NCBI GenBank assembly: GCA_037834085.1
Contig: JBBMKC010208375.1
Location: 1-35,198, forward strand
Reading direction: 5' to 3'
Origin: Bipalium vagum
Lineage: Eukaryota
Length of the DNA stretch: 35,198 bases
The translations under genes were made by a program, and so were the position numbers. The notes under the pieces were generated by a model. The model made no database searches and was not told where the DNA came from. It saw only the letters and a list, made by a program, of their open reading frames with translations. This document shows, one piece after another, positions 9,698 through 23,057 of the stretch; positions within the stretch are counted from its first letter, which is position 1, and each line of letters begins with the position of its first letter.

Positions 9698-11779
9698 GTG
9701 AGTTTACTGCTGCACGTTTTGGCGAGTTTCGATGGTTATTTTATGATATTTTCACACAATCTTTCTTTGTGTCTTGCAAAGAAAAAGTATTTTTTAAAAT
9801 ACTTTTGGTCGTTTTATTTTTCTTCTATTTTATATTATTATTATTATTAATTAAATTATAATTACTTTTAATCAATACATTTACTATTATATTTGTGTAA
9901 CATTATTACTTTGTTTTAATTTAAATGATTAATAATCAGTGCTGATTAAGCACTATTTTTAGAGTTCGTTTAAACAGAAAAAACCATTGATGTTTGAAAT
10001 TAGATTTCATAGAATTGTAAAAGAACTGAGTCCATTATTATTTTATGAACACATTTTTTAACTTAATAGAAAAATTAATCCATATAAAAATTTTAATGAG
10101 AACATAAAAATCAATATAACAAAATATGAAAATCAGAAATTTAATGATTTTTCATTTCTTATTTTTCAAACAAAACAGTTTTAATTAAAAGCAATTTTGA
10201 CAAATAATATCGATAAACACTGATCAATATCTTTTTTTAGTTAATAGATTTCCAATAATGTATTTTATAATTATCAAGAAAAATGTGCTAAATTTTATAG
10301 TTTTAATAAAATAATAATATTATTAATTGTTAATTAAATGTCCTCTTTACAAACATTCTCCCGTGTTCACTTTAAAACTGAAAATCTTGAAATCTCTCAA
10401 GTGACAAAAAAATTTTAAATAAGTTCCCACGACTTCATTGAAAATATTTTTCAAAATCCAAGACCTAAAGGGACAGATTAAATTAGAAAAAATTACCCGT
10501 TTTATTTTTGCAACAGATACTTAAATTATTACATTATTTATTATTCTTTACTCTAACTAATTAAAAGAGAGAAAATTCAAATTTTCGCTTTCAAAATCAG
10601 TAATAAATTCTAAAAATTTCATTTCACTGCTTCATTGTACCATTCTGTTATTGATAAGGATGGTTATGATAATTATGGACAGATATGATGTGTACCCAGT
10701 CTGAACTAGAGATTTTCTCTTGGTTTACTTTGAGATAAATTAGAGATTCTTTCAATTTTTTCTTTTTTTTTTTTAACAATTTTTACTTTTTTGAATTTTT
10801 TGTTGTTGACAGAGATTTTTGTATAATTAAATTTATTGTATCGTTAAGATATAGTGAACCCTCTAAATTTTCATTTTTAAAATATAATATATATATTTAT
10901 TGTTTTAAAAGAATAATTTGGAGTGCTGAAAAGTATTAAAAAGATTTATCAAAGATTTAATTTTCCTGAAAAGTATAATTATTTTTCCTGTTTTAATTGT
11001 TGCTCACGGTATCTATATTGTTTGAACTCACTAAATCAAAATTTAACGTAATATTTATGTTTTGAAAATAATTTAGTTCAAAATGTGCTATCCATATACT
11101 TAGGTAATTTTATAATTTATTTTAATTATGAGATTGATTATTTATTTTAAAAATCATTATGAGATAATTTTTAAATTTAATTTTTAAATTACGACTATGT
11201 TTAATTTATTACTTTAAAATTTATAAGACTTGGATTTTAATTTTATTTAAATTTAATCCTTACAATAATAAATAAATTTGTTTACATCAGAATTTTTTTC
11301 GTAATTTAATTAGAAAAAATATTTTTAAAAAACGAAGCATTATTCTTTCTGACTAACAAAATAGTATTTATCAAATTTCCCATTGAAATTATCTATTTTA
11401 TTTTTTTTAATAAGTTATTATTTTTTTATTATTAAATTCTGTATGAGAAGAAAATAACAAACAATTTGGCAAACGTTTTGAATGCAAACAATAGAAATTA
11501 AGTACAATAGGTTTTGAAATAAATGAGATGTAATTTATTCTGAGAGAAATAGACAAAACCACATTACTATGTTGACTTTCTGTCGGTATTCATGTTGAGA
11601 TTGTTGGCACGATATTCATATTTTTATTTAAATTACCTTTACTTCTTATCATTTTGTTAAATATTTATACTTAATTAAAAAAAATTAACATTTTAATTTC
11701 TTTTGAATTTTTTCATTTTAATATGCGCCAACCTTCTTTCTTTGACTGTCAATAAGTAACCTATGGAATTTCAAAAAAA

Positions 11780-12489
11780 TTTATTGCTTAAGTATGTGAC
11801 ACAATCAATTTGGACAATTGGTTGTTATTAATAAAATATTAATAGAATAATAATAATAATAATTGTCGTTTTAAATATTCTAATTACAAATCTTTTTGAG
11901 AAATATATAATAATTATGAGGTTTTGAGTGTAGCCATAAATCAGGTGACCAATGATGGTACGTATTTTGGTAAACCCATTTTTGTATTTTACTACCTTTA
12001 TAAGCAGGAGCAAAGTATTGTTGGAAGATATACTTTCTCCAACTGACTATTTCGTGCACCCATCGTTTTACAATCGTATCTAACATGCCAACCTCGTTGT
12101 TAAAAATGAGGTGATTTTATCTGGCCCTCACTATTTTCCATCATTTTGTTAGTGGTCAGATCGTTTATTGTGACTTTTTGCATTAAATTTATTTATGTTC
12201 TTTGTTTCGATATACTTTTTTATCAATTCATTAAATTGGGTCTCGTTGAAGCCAAATCATTCAATTATCTTTTTTGATTTTCTTCCAGCGCATAATGATT
12301 TCAACACATCTATTCTTCGGTCATATTCTGTTCTGAACCTATGGCTAATATTATTGTATAATTCAAAATTGATTAATCTATTTTATTGATAAATTAGCTT
12401 ACTTAAACAAAAATAATTATAATGATTACTGAAATAATATTTAAATATGATTTTGAAAATGTTCCGGAATTATCTCCACAACCCGGGTA
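11780..12489 (-). mobile_element. Internally deleted maT/DD37D-type element
   Basis: Minus strand reads TEYDRRIDVLKSLCAGRKSKKIIE*FGF (N-term), NSEGQIKSPHF*QRG and LDTIVKRWVHEIVSWRKYIFQQYFAPAYKGSKIQKWVYQNTYHHWSPDLW, matching maT motifs (EGDVMPPHFF, YVFQQDSAPAH, W...WPPNSPD). TIR-like TACCCGGGTTGTGGAGATAATTCCGG at the right end; left boundary approximate. Confidence 0.82.
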
Positions 12490-13283
12490 GTATTAGTATT
12501 TTATTTTAATAAATTCATTTTTTCGTAATTTTTCAATCTATAAGTTATAGATTTTCTCCGGAAAATAATTTTCAGAATAATTCTTTTTTATTTTATGCAA
12601 TATTTTATTTTATAATATAAGCTATAAAAAATAACTTTTACAAATAACTATGATTAAATATCCTGTGCAGGATAACATCGGCTTTTTATTATCAATAATA
12701 ATTCTGGGGAAATCTTATTTTCAGTAAGAGAGCTTTATCTTTTTAGAAATTGTGTTTTGATGCCGTTTTTCTAAGACTTTTTCACAGATAGTAGTTATAA
12801 TTATTCATAATTAACAAAGGTTTGTAAAGAAGGGAATTTTTTGTTTGTATTAAAAGCAGTTCGATGTTATGTAGATTTTTATTCAATTTTTTCTTCTGTA
12901 TAATTTGAAAATTTTCAGCTTTCTGATAGTTAAACCTAAAAGGAAAAACTTTTTATTTATATTTTTCACTTATAAAAATATTAATTTGAACAAATCACGA
13001 GATAATATTTGTTTTTCTTGTAATTTTGTTTTCCAGGTTTCTAGCATCTTCTCCTTGTTTTTGTTTGTAGTTTTAACATTTGTTTCTGAATGCCGTTATG
13101 TTACAGCTTTCCTTTAATCATTGACTTTTTCTCAAAATTGGAAATGAGATGAAATAATGAAAATAAACTGGAATATTATTATTGAAGCATTTATTTCCCA
13201 TGTTGCGTTCATGGTTGACAATTATTTTATTTCACTTAAAATGTTTATCTACCAAATATTAAGATAAAATAAATAAATAAAAG

Positions 13284-13830
13284 TATGTTGGGTTCATAAC
13301 AGAATAATTACGTTTTGTATATAATCAAACTTGAAAATAGATTTTTTGAAAACATATTTGTTTGAACGCCTTAATTTATATACCATTTGAACGCGCAGAA
13401 ATTGTTTTATATTTCCGTAGATTTTTCTTTACTACTATTACTAATTTTTATCATTTGTAAAAGTCATGTTAGAAAAGTGACAATTAAAACCAATTATATT
13501 GTATGAGTTCCAATTTCGAAATAATGCTGTAAATATCACTCGTAAAATCAATAAAGTATGCGGTGTGGATACAGTGTCGAAGATGAGAGCCTCGAATGTA
13601 TTGAAAATTTTGGACGTCCCTGGGCAGTTGAAAATGATGAATTAAAGATCTTGGTCAAAGTAGATTCATGTACGCCTTGAAAAGTTGCCAAAAACCTAGG
13701 ATTCAGTTTCCCAACAATTTTACACGACCTTCACCAATTTTGGAAAAATTGTAGCTCAGTAAATAGGTGCCTCTTGAATTGAAAGATAATTTACAGTACG
13801 ACGCAAATTTGTTCCTGCATCCACAAAAAC
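13284..13830 (+). mobile_element. Decayed mariner 5' half (cecropia/Hsmar1-like)
   Basis: IILYEFQFRNNAVNITRKINKVCGVDTVS, GRPWAVENDELKILVKVD, VAKNLGFSFPTILHDLHQ and K*VPLEL; TIR-like TATGTTGGGTTCATAACAGAATAATTACGTTTT at 13284. Confidence 0.85.
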
Positions 13831-13889
13831 GAAAATATATAAAAATAATTTAATTTTCTAACTAACTGAGAATTTATAAGTTTAGAGCA

Positions 13890-15060
13890 CATGAGTGCAT
13901 AATATTGATGAATTTATACTTCAAATCTAATGACAGGAAAAATAAAAACTGAGCTAAATTAAATGCACATATCGAAAAATGGGAAAATCAAGCCTGAAAA
14001 AAATTTAATAAAAATGAATTACTAATATTTAATGGCCCACTCGTGATTTTGAATAACTTAAGGAATTCTATGTGATTTAGAATTCAGCAGGTTTCCCAAT
14101 GCTCTCTTTTCCATGTCCATCCAAAAGCGGCGGATAAAAGAGTTCAGCTTTTTACTGGATTGGAATTGTCTTCCACCTTCACTACAGACACTTGCCATAA
14201 ATTTTCTATCTGATTAATATATGATGACTATTTGTCCAAGAATGTTTGATATCTTTTTCTTGGAGCTAGTGTAAAGTGGATCTGGCCACGTGATATCGGC
14301 AGTAATCTTACTGGAAAAGGAATTATCACCACCGTATTGATTCAAGAAAGGAATGAATGAAATGATCAGTTAAATATCTATGATACTCCTATTGGTTTTG
14401 CTTTCCAGAAACAAACGCTAAAGTTGATTTTCCATGTAAATCGAAATATGTCCAGATCATTAATGAGTCACCTCCGATATGCCTCCGTAATTGAATACCT
14501 CTTTTCTGAAATCACAGGACAATCCGCCTTGATTAAATATTTTCTTGGCATTCCACATACATTTTTCCGATGTTCGTCCCAACCCATTTTATCGTTATCA
14601 TAACGCAGTTTTTCTCTTTCTGCTTCAGTCGTAGTTTTACTTTCATTTTGGAACCGGATACTCTTACATAATCAAGTCTTTTTAAACCTTTTTTCGTATG
14701 ATCAAGATTGGTTGTTTTATTACTTGTTTTTTCAGATAATAAACCACTTTGTTCCACTAGACAGTTTTTTTCGTCCATACTTCTTTTCCCTTCCGATATT
14801 CTTGAAATAATATAGGATGGAACTCTCATACCCTCAAGTCTATATCTTATTCATCTCAATGATTTGCAGTGTCATTCATACCCTTCTCTTTTTCTGTCAT
14901 CCGTTACTTATTGACATTTTCAATTTATATTTTTATGCATATTGCATGCACTTAATGTCCAAACCTATTTAAAATTAGAAATTCGATATTCTTCTAATTA
15001 ATGATTTTTTAAAGAAATTTAGTTTGAAATGGACGCAAGAATAAATTTGTGTCAACAAAA
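13890..15060 (-). mobile_element. Decayed Tc1/Tc3-like (DD34E) element, near full length; transposase remnant 14917->14022
   Basis: Minus strand: RHIGGDSLMIWTYFDLHGKSTLAFVSGKQNQ, FQ*DYCRYHVARST, INQIENLWQ, GRQFQS and KVIQNHE.AIKY*, all Tc3-type motifs. Outer boundaries approximate. Confidence 0.82.
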
Positions 15061-16467
15061 TATTTGAATTATTTAAACAACTGTCATTTTAAATTTTAGT
15101 TATTGATATACGTCAACTAAAATGAGCATAACAGATCTTCATATTTTGGGACATCGTTAGAAATTTTAAAACTGTAAAATATTTTTTATGATTAAATTTT
15201 AAAATATTTTAAGGTTGCGGACAAAATTTTTTATATTAACAAATATTCTTTTTTTTAAAACTAACAATGTGATCCAATACTTTGCGATATTATTCATTAT
15301 TGATATTGATTTGATAGTTCTAATATTATTTTAATTTTACTAAAAAAAAGGAACGATTTTAAGCACACCCACCTGTTACTATGAAGCAGAACCATTGAAT
15401 ACTTTTTCATCTTTTTAATTTCTGTATTTAAAATAAATCTCGCTACGCAATTTTATTTTATGAAAGATGAAAATTTGAAATAATCCCTCATTAAATTTGC
15501 ATTGATTTTTTTCAATTTTTTAAACATTTTTTCCAATAAAGTCAAATTTTCGATTTAGTGTAATAATGCCAATTTTCGTTTCGATTTCACTTATAAAAAA
15601 GTAAAATAATATTTCTGAATAAATAAAATAATTTTTTGTGGTGTCTTAATGATTGTGGTAAATATTGGAAATATAATTTCAGGTTGAATATTATCTTATG
15701 AGTAAAATTGTTCATCTTTAACGATTTTCGATATCTTCACACAAAAGACAATCTTGCTATCACTAATTAAAAGTTATGTAAAAGATTTTCCTTTAAAGAA
15801 AGATTCATTTATTCATATTATTATGAATTTCGGTATAGATCAATAGCTTACTCTTTCTCTCCGCTTTGACCTGATCCAGATCAGTTTTTATAAATAAACA
15901 GTTTTATTAATTTTGCAAAAACGCTCGACATACGTGAATAAATAAATAAGGTCAGTAGAATCCATTTCCTTCGCAACCACCTATAGCCTATAGGGTAACC
16001 GTATTAATACTATTTTAAAAATTTAAATGTTAAATAAAGTATAATTCTAACAGTCTTCTCAAAACTAATGATATAAATCTACTCACTGTCAGTTCGTTTC
16101 AGTTCTAGCTCACAAAAATCTTTTCAGTCACCCATCGGACTTAACTCATTCTGGAACAAAATCCTTTAAACAAGCTTCCACAATTTCTGTATGCTGGTCT
16201 TCCACAAGATTTTACTATCAATAATAACCTCTTTTAAAATCAAAATAGCACTAAAACCATTTATTACAATTATATTGTCTTTAAACGTTCAAGATATAAT
16301 ATCTTGAGACTGGCCAACTGACTGAATTTGGGACTTACTTATAAATTAATACTGGTGACAGGCCAACCAATCTCGTCCTTTGTTCTTGTATTTTTCAAAA
16401 TTTTCTTATTATTACCAAACTCTTGGTCGTTAAATTTCTAAAAATAATTTATTATTATCTTTTGTAG

Positions 16468-16501
16468 CGACTCAGTCGTCCAATAACAAATAATCAATCC
16501 G
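16468..16501 (+). CDS. Candidate 34-nt small exon of the NFI gene
   Basis: attattatcttttgtag|CGACTCAGTCGTCCAATAACAAATAATCAATCCG|GTATTC; open only in phase 0 (RLSRPITNNQS), exits in phase 1, compatible with exon 17044. Confidence 0.35.
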
Positions 16502-17043
16502 GTATTCTAGCCCATTTTAATAAATATATTCGTTTGTGACAATAATATCGATCCATCTTTATGAATTGTGCACTCTGAGTTAATTCATTGTGTAATAATA
16601 ATTGCTTTTGATCACCATTTTCCCAAAGTCAGTTCCCAATACCATTATATAATTAAACGAACATTTTCCAACCCTCAAAAGTAAAAAATTATAAAGTTTA
16701 CTAAACACAAAAAATTACCTGATTTCACGCCATGTATTGAATGACACCGATTTTGTCATGTGAATGAAAATGATGCAGATTGAAGATGATCATGACCAAG
16801 TTTAAGAAGAAGGGTAATAACAATCATTAACATAAAAAAAATCTAAACAAGAAACCCTAATGAGAATGAGAGGTTTCCGATCTGTTATTACAGTGCAAGG
16901 CGAGCAATAGGACATGGTCTGTCGATGATCGATTTTAATTTGTTTATTTTGTTAATTTACTCAAATTAAATAAAAAAATTATTTATTTCTGTCTCGAAGA
17001 AGAAATTAAAAATCATTTAAAATGCATTTTTCAATTATTTTAG

Positions 17044-17130
17044 ATGGAGATTGCCGTTCGAGTCCTTCGGATGAATTCGTCGATGTATCTGGACCGTTTA
17101 AAATTGAACAGCTGCAGCAATATCGTCTAG
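17044..17130 (+). CDS. NFI: NFI coding exon carrying the conserved post-DBD motif
   Basis: ttttcaattatttag|17044 ... 17130|GTAAAT; 87 nt, phase 1/1. Reads GDCRSSPSDEFVDVSGPFKIEQLQQYRL, cf. vertebrate NFI DSFVTSGVFSVTELVRVS. Confidence 0.85.
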   Translation: MEIAVRVLRMNSSMYLDRLKLNSCSNIV

Positions 17131-17224
17131 GTAAATTATTTATGAAATACATTATTTATACTTTAACATAAAAATGATACAAAAATGAAATACAAAATAT
17201 TTTTATTTAAAATCAATTTGGATT

Positions 17225-17234
17225 AAAAAAAAAA

Positions 17235-17280
<46 letters not shown>

Positions 17281-17365
17281 TAATAATAATAATAAGAAGA
17301 AGAAGAAATAGAAGAAGAAATAGAAGAAGAAATAGTAATATTAATAATAATAAATAATAATAATA
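17225..17365. repeat. poly-A + (AAT)n + (AAG/AAATAGAAG)n compound microsatellite
   Basis: Direct inspection. Confidence 0.93.
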
Positions 17366-19990
17366 TTTTTTCTTAAACTGATTTTTACCGCTGTGTCGAT
17401 TGAACTGATGTTCGGTGTCTTGTACTTAAAAATTTGCATTTTCAAATCTTTAGAACCAATGTTCGCTTTTTTTCAGACTGAGCTTTTTCATCATAGGTTT
17501 CAATAATAATATGGTAACTCTGGGCTGCTTTTTTCTTTTGAAGATACAGAAAAAACTAAAACGCTGATAATAATTAATTAATAATGAATATTATTAATTT
17601 ATCTGAAACCAATACATTTATTGACAAAAAAGTATGTTAACCTCCTTTATGATATCGGACATATTTTGAATTAAAGCGCGCGAAAACTACTATGTAAACG
17701 AATATTAAAACAATTTTCATTAATAAATAAAAACATTGCTTATTAAATTGTCAGTTTCAACTTTTTACTCGTAATATATTCCAATAAAAATTATTCGTCA
17801 AAGCTATTTACGAATAATTAATCAAGAAAAATGATTGGGATGTATCATATAAATTTGGTGCTGGAGACTGAAAAGTTGAATGTGCTAATCCAATTCTCCA
17901 TATTTGACTCTTTACGTTGTGCCTGAATGCTTTTGACGCGTCCTAATTATTTAATTATCATTAATCACAGCCAAAATTATTGTGAAAAGTTACACAGCAA
18001 TAAAATTCAAACTGTCTTGAGCAGAAATGGTTATTTCCAAGAGGATGGAAATGACTCAAACAATTTTACTCTGATAATAAAGGAGCGTCAAAATAATATT
18101 ACTATAACTTTATACTAATTTGTTTCTTAATAAAAAATTGGAGCTAACGAACCACTTTTTCAGCATTATTCTCTTTTTAAAAAAACCGTGACTCCTTATC
18201 TACAGAACTCTTTTTTTTGCGCATTTTTATTTTTCCCAAATAAGAACTATAGCCTTTAAATTGTAGACTTTTTGTATCGAAAACTCAATTTCTTTTCTCA
18301 ACAGTTGAAAAGGCAAATTTTTGCAAATCCTGTCGTTTTGTTTTATGATGAAAAACCGGGTAATATGGAATTGGTCTAATATAAATTATTTTTCTGGATC
18401 CTGGCCAATCGGAACAGCGTAAATTATTTTAAGTCATCCGAGATGTTTTTATTATTATAAATTTGTTTAATTGAAACTTATTATTCCCAGCTGTGATTTC
18501 TGGTTGATGATTATCAAAAAACGACTCCGTTTCATATAAGTATTAATTTAATTGACTCTTTCACTTACGATCAACAGTTATCACATAGATAGAGTGGGCT
18601 GTAAGTGTAATTATTTAACTATATCAATATAAAATATTATCAAATAATAATATCCATAGAAATGTGAATTATTAAAAAATTGATTTTTTCTTCATTTTCA
18701 TTGAGGCTTTTACTGACAGGACCTTTAATTAATGAAGTTTAATGACAAAAATATTTGAAATCATTACATTGATACTCAAAAAATTTCCATTTCTATTGTT
18801 ATCTTCTCTGAACCGGATTTAACCTATGAACGATTAACGAAAATGAACAAAATAAACATCTAAATAATGGTAAAAATTAATATTGATTTTTTTGTGAAAA
18901 AAAAATCAAACAGAATATCTTTGAAAGTTCTGTTCTATTATCATATCGTTTGAATAACCAAAATCGATACTGATGAAAATTTCATATTTTTAATTGATTT
19001 TTTCATAAACTTTACTTTTGTAATCAACAAAATTAATAATAAAACAGAAATATTAACTCATAATAATAAAAATATAAAATATTATAAACTGTTTAAGCTA
19101 AGCCCAAGTGCTCTTCATTCTTAGTTAAGATGTAGTATTATAAGGCAATTTTCTAAACATAATTTTATGTATTTCTTTTAATATATTTTTCATTGGTCTT
19201 TAAAACAAAAATATATTCTAAATAATTAATTCACAGAACCTTAACTTTAAAAATTGTTTTATTCATTCTTTCAAAAACGTTTATACTCTATAAATTATTA
19301 AATAAAAAAATCATTAAATTATTAAATTATTAACGATTTATAGTATAAAAAAGAAGCACATTATACCAAATCAATTTTCCAAAAAAATTGTTAAAGAAAA
19401 TTATATTGTTACTTCTTCTCAATTAATTATTTCAAGCCTTTATCAATTTTTTAAAGAGTTTTACGTGGTGTAAAATTTGTAGATCAATTAAAAGTTAAAA
19501 ATAAAACATTAAACGGATATTTCCTAAAAACATATTAAAACAAAATAATAATAATAATAAAAATAATATACGTAAACCCGTGATTCATTTTCCATTTTAA
19601 AATCTCCTTTAATTCTATTTTTTGATGCTGCAAAAATTGATTAATTAGTGTTTTCCATTAAATAAAGTCACAGAATAGAATATGTTGAAAAAATTATTTG
19701 TAATGCAAAATTACTAAATTGATTAAGAGAGAAAGGACGCTTAACTTTGCCTTTAATTATAATTATTATAATTATAATAAAATGAAAATTATTTTTCTCT
19801 TTCCTAAAATCTTTCGACTATATTTTCATTTGATAATAACAAAAAATTAATCATTTCCCTGTGATATTGTGATATTTTTACTATTCCGAGGAGTTTTATG
19901 AACCTCCTAAATTAACAAATAGCTGCCGGAACGAACTCAACGAATAATATCTCGTAATTTTCCTAAGGAAAACCAATGTCTCTCTTTATG

Positions 19991-21204
19991 ATAGATGGTT
20001 CAATATGAAATGCCGTTTTCATGATTTGTTTTATTAAAGTAATTTTAATCATCATGGACGTCGTTAATTTGAATATTTTATAGATTATTTAAGAGATTAA
20101 AAAGTAACGTTTCTCGTGAGATATTTTGATATTTATATTATAATTTTATAATTATTTCAGATTAAGATGAATAACTGTGATCTTAGATCCATTTTTTGAT
20201 TGAGTAGTTTAAACTTGGTCATAAGGCTAAACAAGTGACCAGGAACATCAGAGGAGCTATTGGAAATAATATTTCTGAAGTATACAAAGTTCAACCATGG
20301 TTTAAAAAGTTCAAAAATTGAAGACATCTTTGAACTTTGACTTGCAATACTAAAACATGGTAGGTCAACTATCGTGGTCGCAAATGAATATTTGAAAGAA
20401 TTAGTCGCACAAAATCCACGTTCAACAGTTCAAAAGATTTCCACTAATCGTGGAGTATTTGTGGAAACAATTTCAAATCTTTTGAGAGCCATTGGAAATA
20501 TTAAATAAATTCCTCACGAACTGAACAATAATCAAAGATATTGTCTTTCACAAGTTTCTTGATCACTACTTTTACGCAATTGAAATGAACCAAGCCTGGA
20601 TCTAATAATCATGTGAGACGAAAATTGGATACTCTGATAACCGTCGTCGATCCTCGCAGTGACTTAATAAAGGTTTAGAGCCATTTTCCCACACAAAGTT
20701 TGCCTAAAAAGAAGAAAATAATGACTATTTTGGTTAAAAAATGGACTAATTCAATGTAACGTTTTGAAATGTGGTGAAATCATTAACGTCGAAAATTACT
20801 GCATTGAAATCAACGAAATACACAGAAAATTATGTGAGAAAGGGGTGGTTTTAGTGAATTGAATTGACTGGGTTTTACTTCATGACCATACCATATAAAT
20901 ATTTTGAGATGTTTGATTTCGAACATCGCCTGATTCTCCAGATCGATTGTCAACTGACTGATTTTTAAGCATCGGGATGCTTTTTTGAAAGGGAGGAATT
21001 TAACCAATCAAGAGATAATTGAGAGTACTGTTAAACAATTGATCGATTCCAAAACAAATTTTTTTACATAAATTGATAAATCTATTGCAAAGTGCAAAAG
21101 TGCACTGATTCTAATGGTGGTTACTTTTTAATAAAAGTTTAAAATGACACATGATTGATTAAAACTAAGATTGAAAACATCGACATTTCATATTGAATCT
21201 CCTG
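19991..21204 (+). mobile_element. Decayed full-length mariner with both TIRs
   Basis: FKLGHKAKQVTRNI, VQPWFKKFK, *IPHEL (20509-20523), *DENWI (20614-20631), LLHDH and FKHRDAFLKGRNLTNQE. TIRs ATAGATGGTTCAATATGAAATGCCGTTTTCA (19991-20021) and TGAAAACATCGACATTTCATATTGAATCTCCTG (21172-21204). Confidence 0.9.
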
Positions 21205-21600
21205 AAGGTTTGGGTAATTTCATTAAAGTTTCAGTTGTGAATGGTAAACAAACCCATGCATGAACCTTTTAAACCTCACTACCAATTTTCAAATGTCATG
21301 TAATTGTCGCAGAATTAAAAATGTTTTAGAAATATCCAAAATGATTTGAGTTGAATTAATCCACTTCTGTCAGTAAATCGACATTTTCAATAACGCTTTT
21401 GGATCCACCACAATCTGCATTCGATCAGTTTTTTCTTCACCTTTATAAACTCCACATACCACTAAATAATGGTGCATTCATTACCTTGACCTTTTCTGAA
21501 TGCTAAGTTAATGTTTTAAGCAGCTTTTGAAGCACAGTATCGTAATTTCCAATTGTGCAATTTCTTTGTCCTGCGGATTGTGAGTCATTCCTGACATGTT
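21205..21600 (-). mobile_element. Decayed mariner 5' half, opposite orientation, abutting the previous element
   Basis: Minus strand: YCASKAA*NINLAFRKGQGNECTII*WYVEF, SVIENVDLLTEVD and KVHAWV (mariner HTH through the WVP region). Confidence 0.65.
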
Positions 21601-23057
21601 CTAAGAATTAATTGGATTATTTAGAAAATATGGAAATGCAATATTTTAATACGAGGACACGGTTTTATTTGAGTGAAAATTGAGATAGGGTATATGATAT
21701 AGTAGATTTCACTTCTTTTAACCCTTACTCTGAACTATCTCCTTCTATCAAAATTCAAAATGAAAAACGTTTTTATCTATCTTTAAAACTATTGATTATT
21801 TCCAAACGATAAATTTTTTCAAATAGAAGTGAAATATTTATTGAGGATCCTGTCTTTATTGATTTCAAAAGACGTGACATTTTCATTTCACATTCAAAGA
21901 TTTCTATTTTCTTCAAATTCCAAATTTTATTAAGTTATAGCCCACTTCAATCGCGTCACAAACATTTTGAGAATTATTCATGATTTTTTCGACTGCTATT
22001 GATTTGTGATAGAGGTCTTGCTGAGGTTTGAAAAACTTGTTGACCAGATTTTATTTATTTTCAGAGTTTTCCATAATTTTCCAGGTCATTCATCAATGGT
22101 TGATGAAAACGTGTCTGATTTTTTCACTAGTCCCAGTATGAAATTTTGGAAGTCACCACAAAACTGAAACAAATGACCTAACAAGGCCCAGATCGAGATG
22201 TTTTGCTTCACTGCCGTTATCGATCTTTTATAAATCTCTGATTTCAGAACTCCTCAAGAGTTTTAAATTTTTTATTTTTATAACCGGATATTTTGGTGTA
22301 GTATTCCCAAATTGACACACAAGCACACACTCACAGCCGCACACACACACAAATATAATTACAACCAATATAATTTACATCGGTGGTAATTAATTAATTT
22401 ACATTTCTAAAATTTATTTAAATTCCGTTTTGAATAATTCGCCGAAGAAATCTGCGTGGAATATTAATGCCATATGATGTAATTTGTCCTCAGAAATTCT
22501 ATGCAGTCACATGTAGTTTCAAACCCAAAGGAAAACTGTTAGTTTCATTTGTCATTGTGATGGGAAAACAAGAAATTTTCATTTAATAAATTTCGAGAAA
22601 ATCTGATTATCCATTCAGGTGTATCGCTTTTAAGCTTCTTTAATATTGGGAAAACGGATTTGTGTGGCTTTGTATTGACATCTCTTGTTGAGCTGGCGTG
22701 AAAAACTTTCTTTTTTCATACTTCCATGTATGACTAAATTCCATCATAAATAATGTGTTATTTTATTTATATTTTTCAATTAAAGTCACCCACCATTTGT
22801 ATGGTTAACTCAATGGATTTAATAACCGTTCTCAAAATTAATTGGTCTATTTCCAAATGAAATTGGACACTTTGGTAAATAAAATATTGTAACATGTTTG
22901 CAATTGAAACGTTTATTTAATCTCAATTCTCCCTTAAATCGTCAGTTTCGGATCATTTATACAAGGAGTGTTAGAAAATTTTTGAAAACGACAGTGCTAA
23001 TTTAACATAAAGCAAAATAACAGTGGTAAATACTTGATTGTACGCACCAATAGATCT

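Noticed and set aside
11090-11110. Recursive splice site candidate cttag|GTAATT
   Set aside because: Poor pyrimidine tract; such matches are expected by chance in AT-rich introns.
16470-16560. Chromodomain-like YLLKW...YW..E on the minus strand
   Set aside because: Needs frameshifts, has no integrase context, and overlaps the better-supported + strand exon candidate.
17965-17986. miR-2-like TCACAGCCAAAATT
   Set aside because: No pairing 5' arm upstream.
17640-18110. Possible very old Tc1/mariner 3' fragment (SNSPYLT; KIQTVLSRNGYF)
   Set aside because: Only two short, weak motif matches; not enough to call.
18589-18600. 12-nt microexon candidate cacatag|ATAGAGTGGGCT|GTAAGT
   Set aside because: Weak pyrimidine tract, and inclusion creates T+AG = TAG at the junction with exon 25078.
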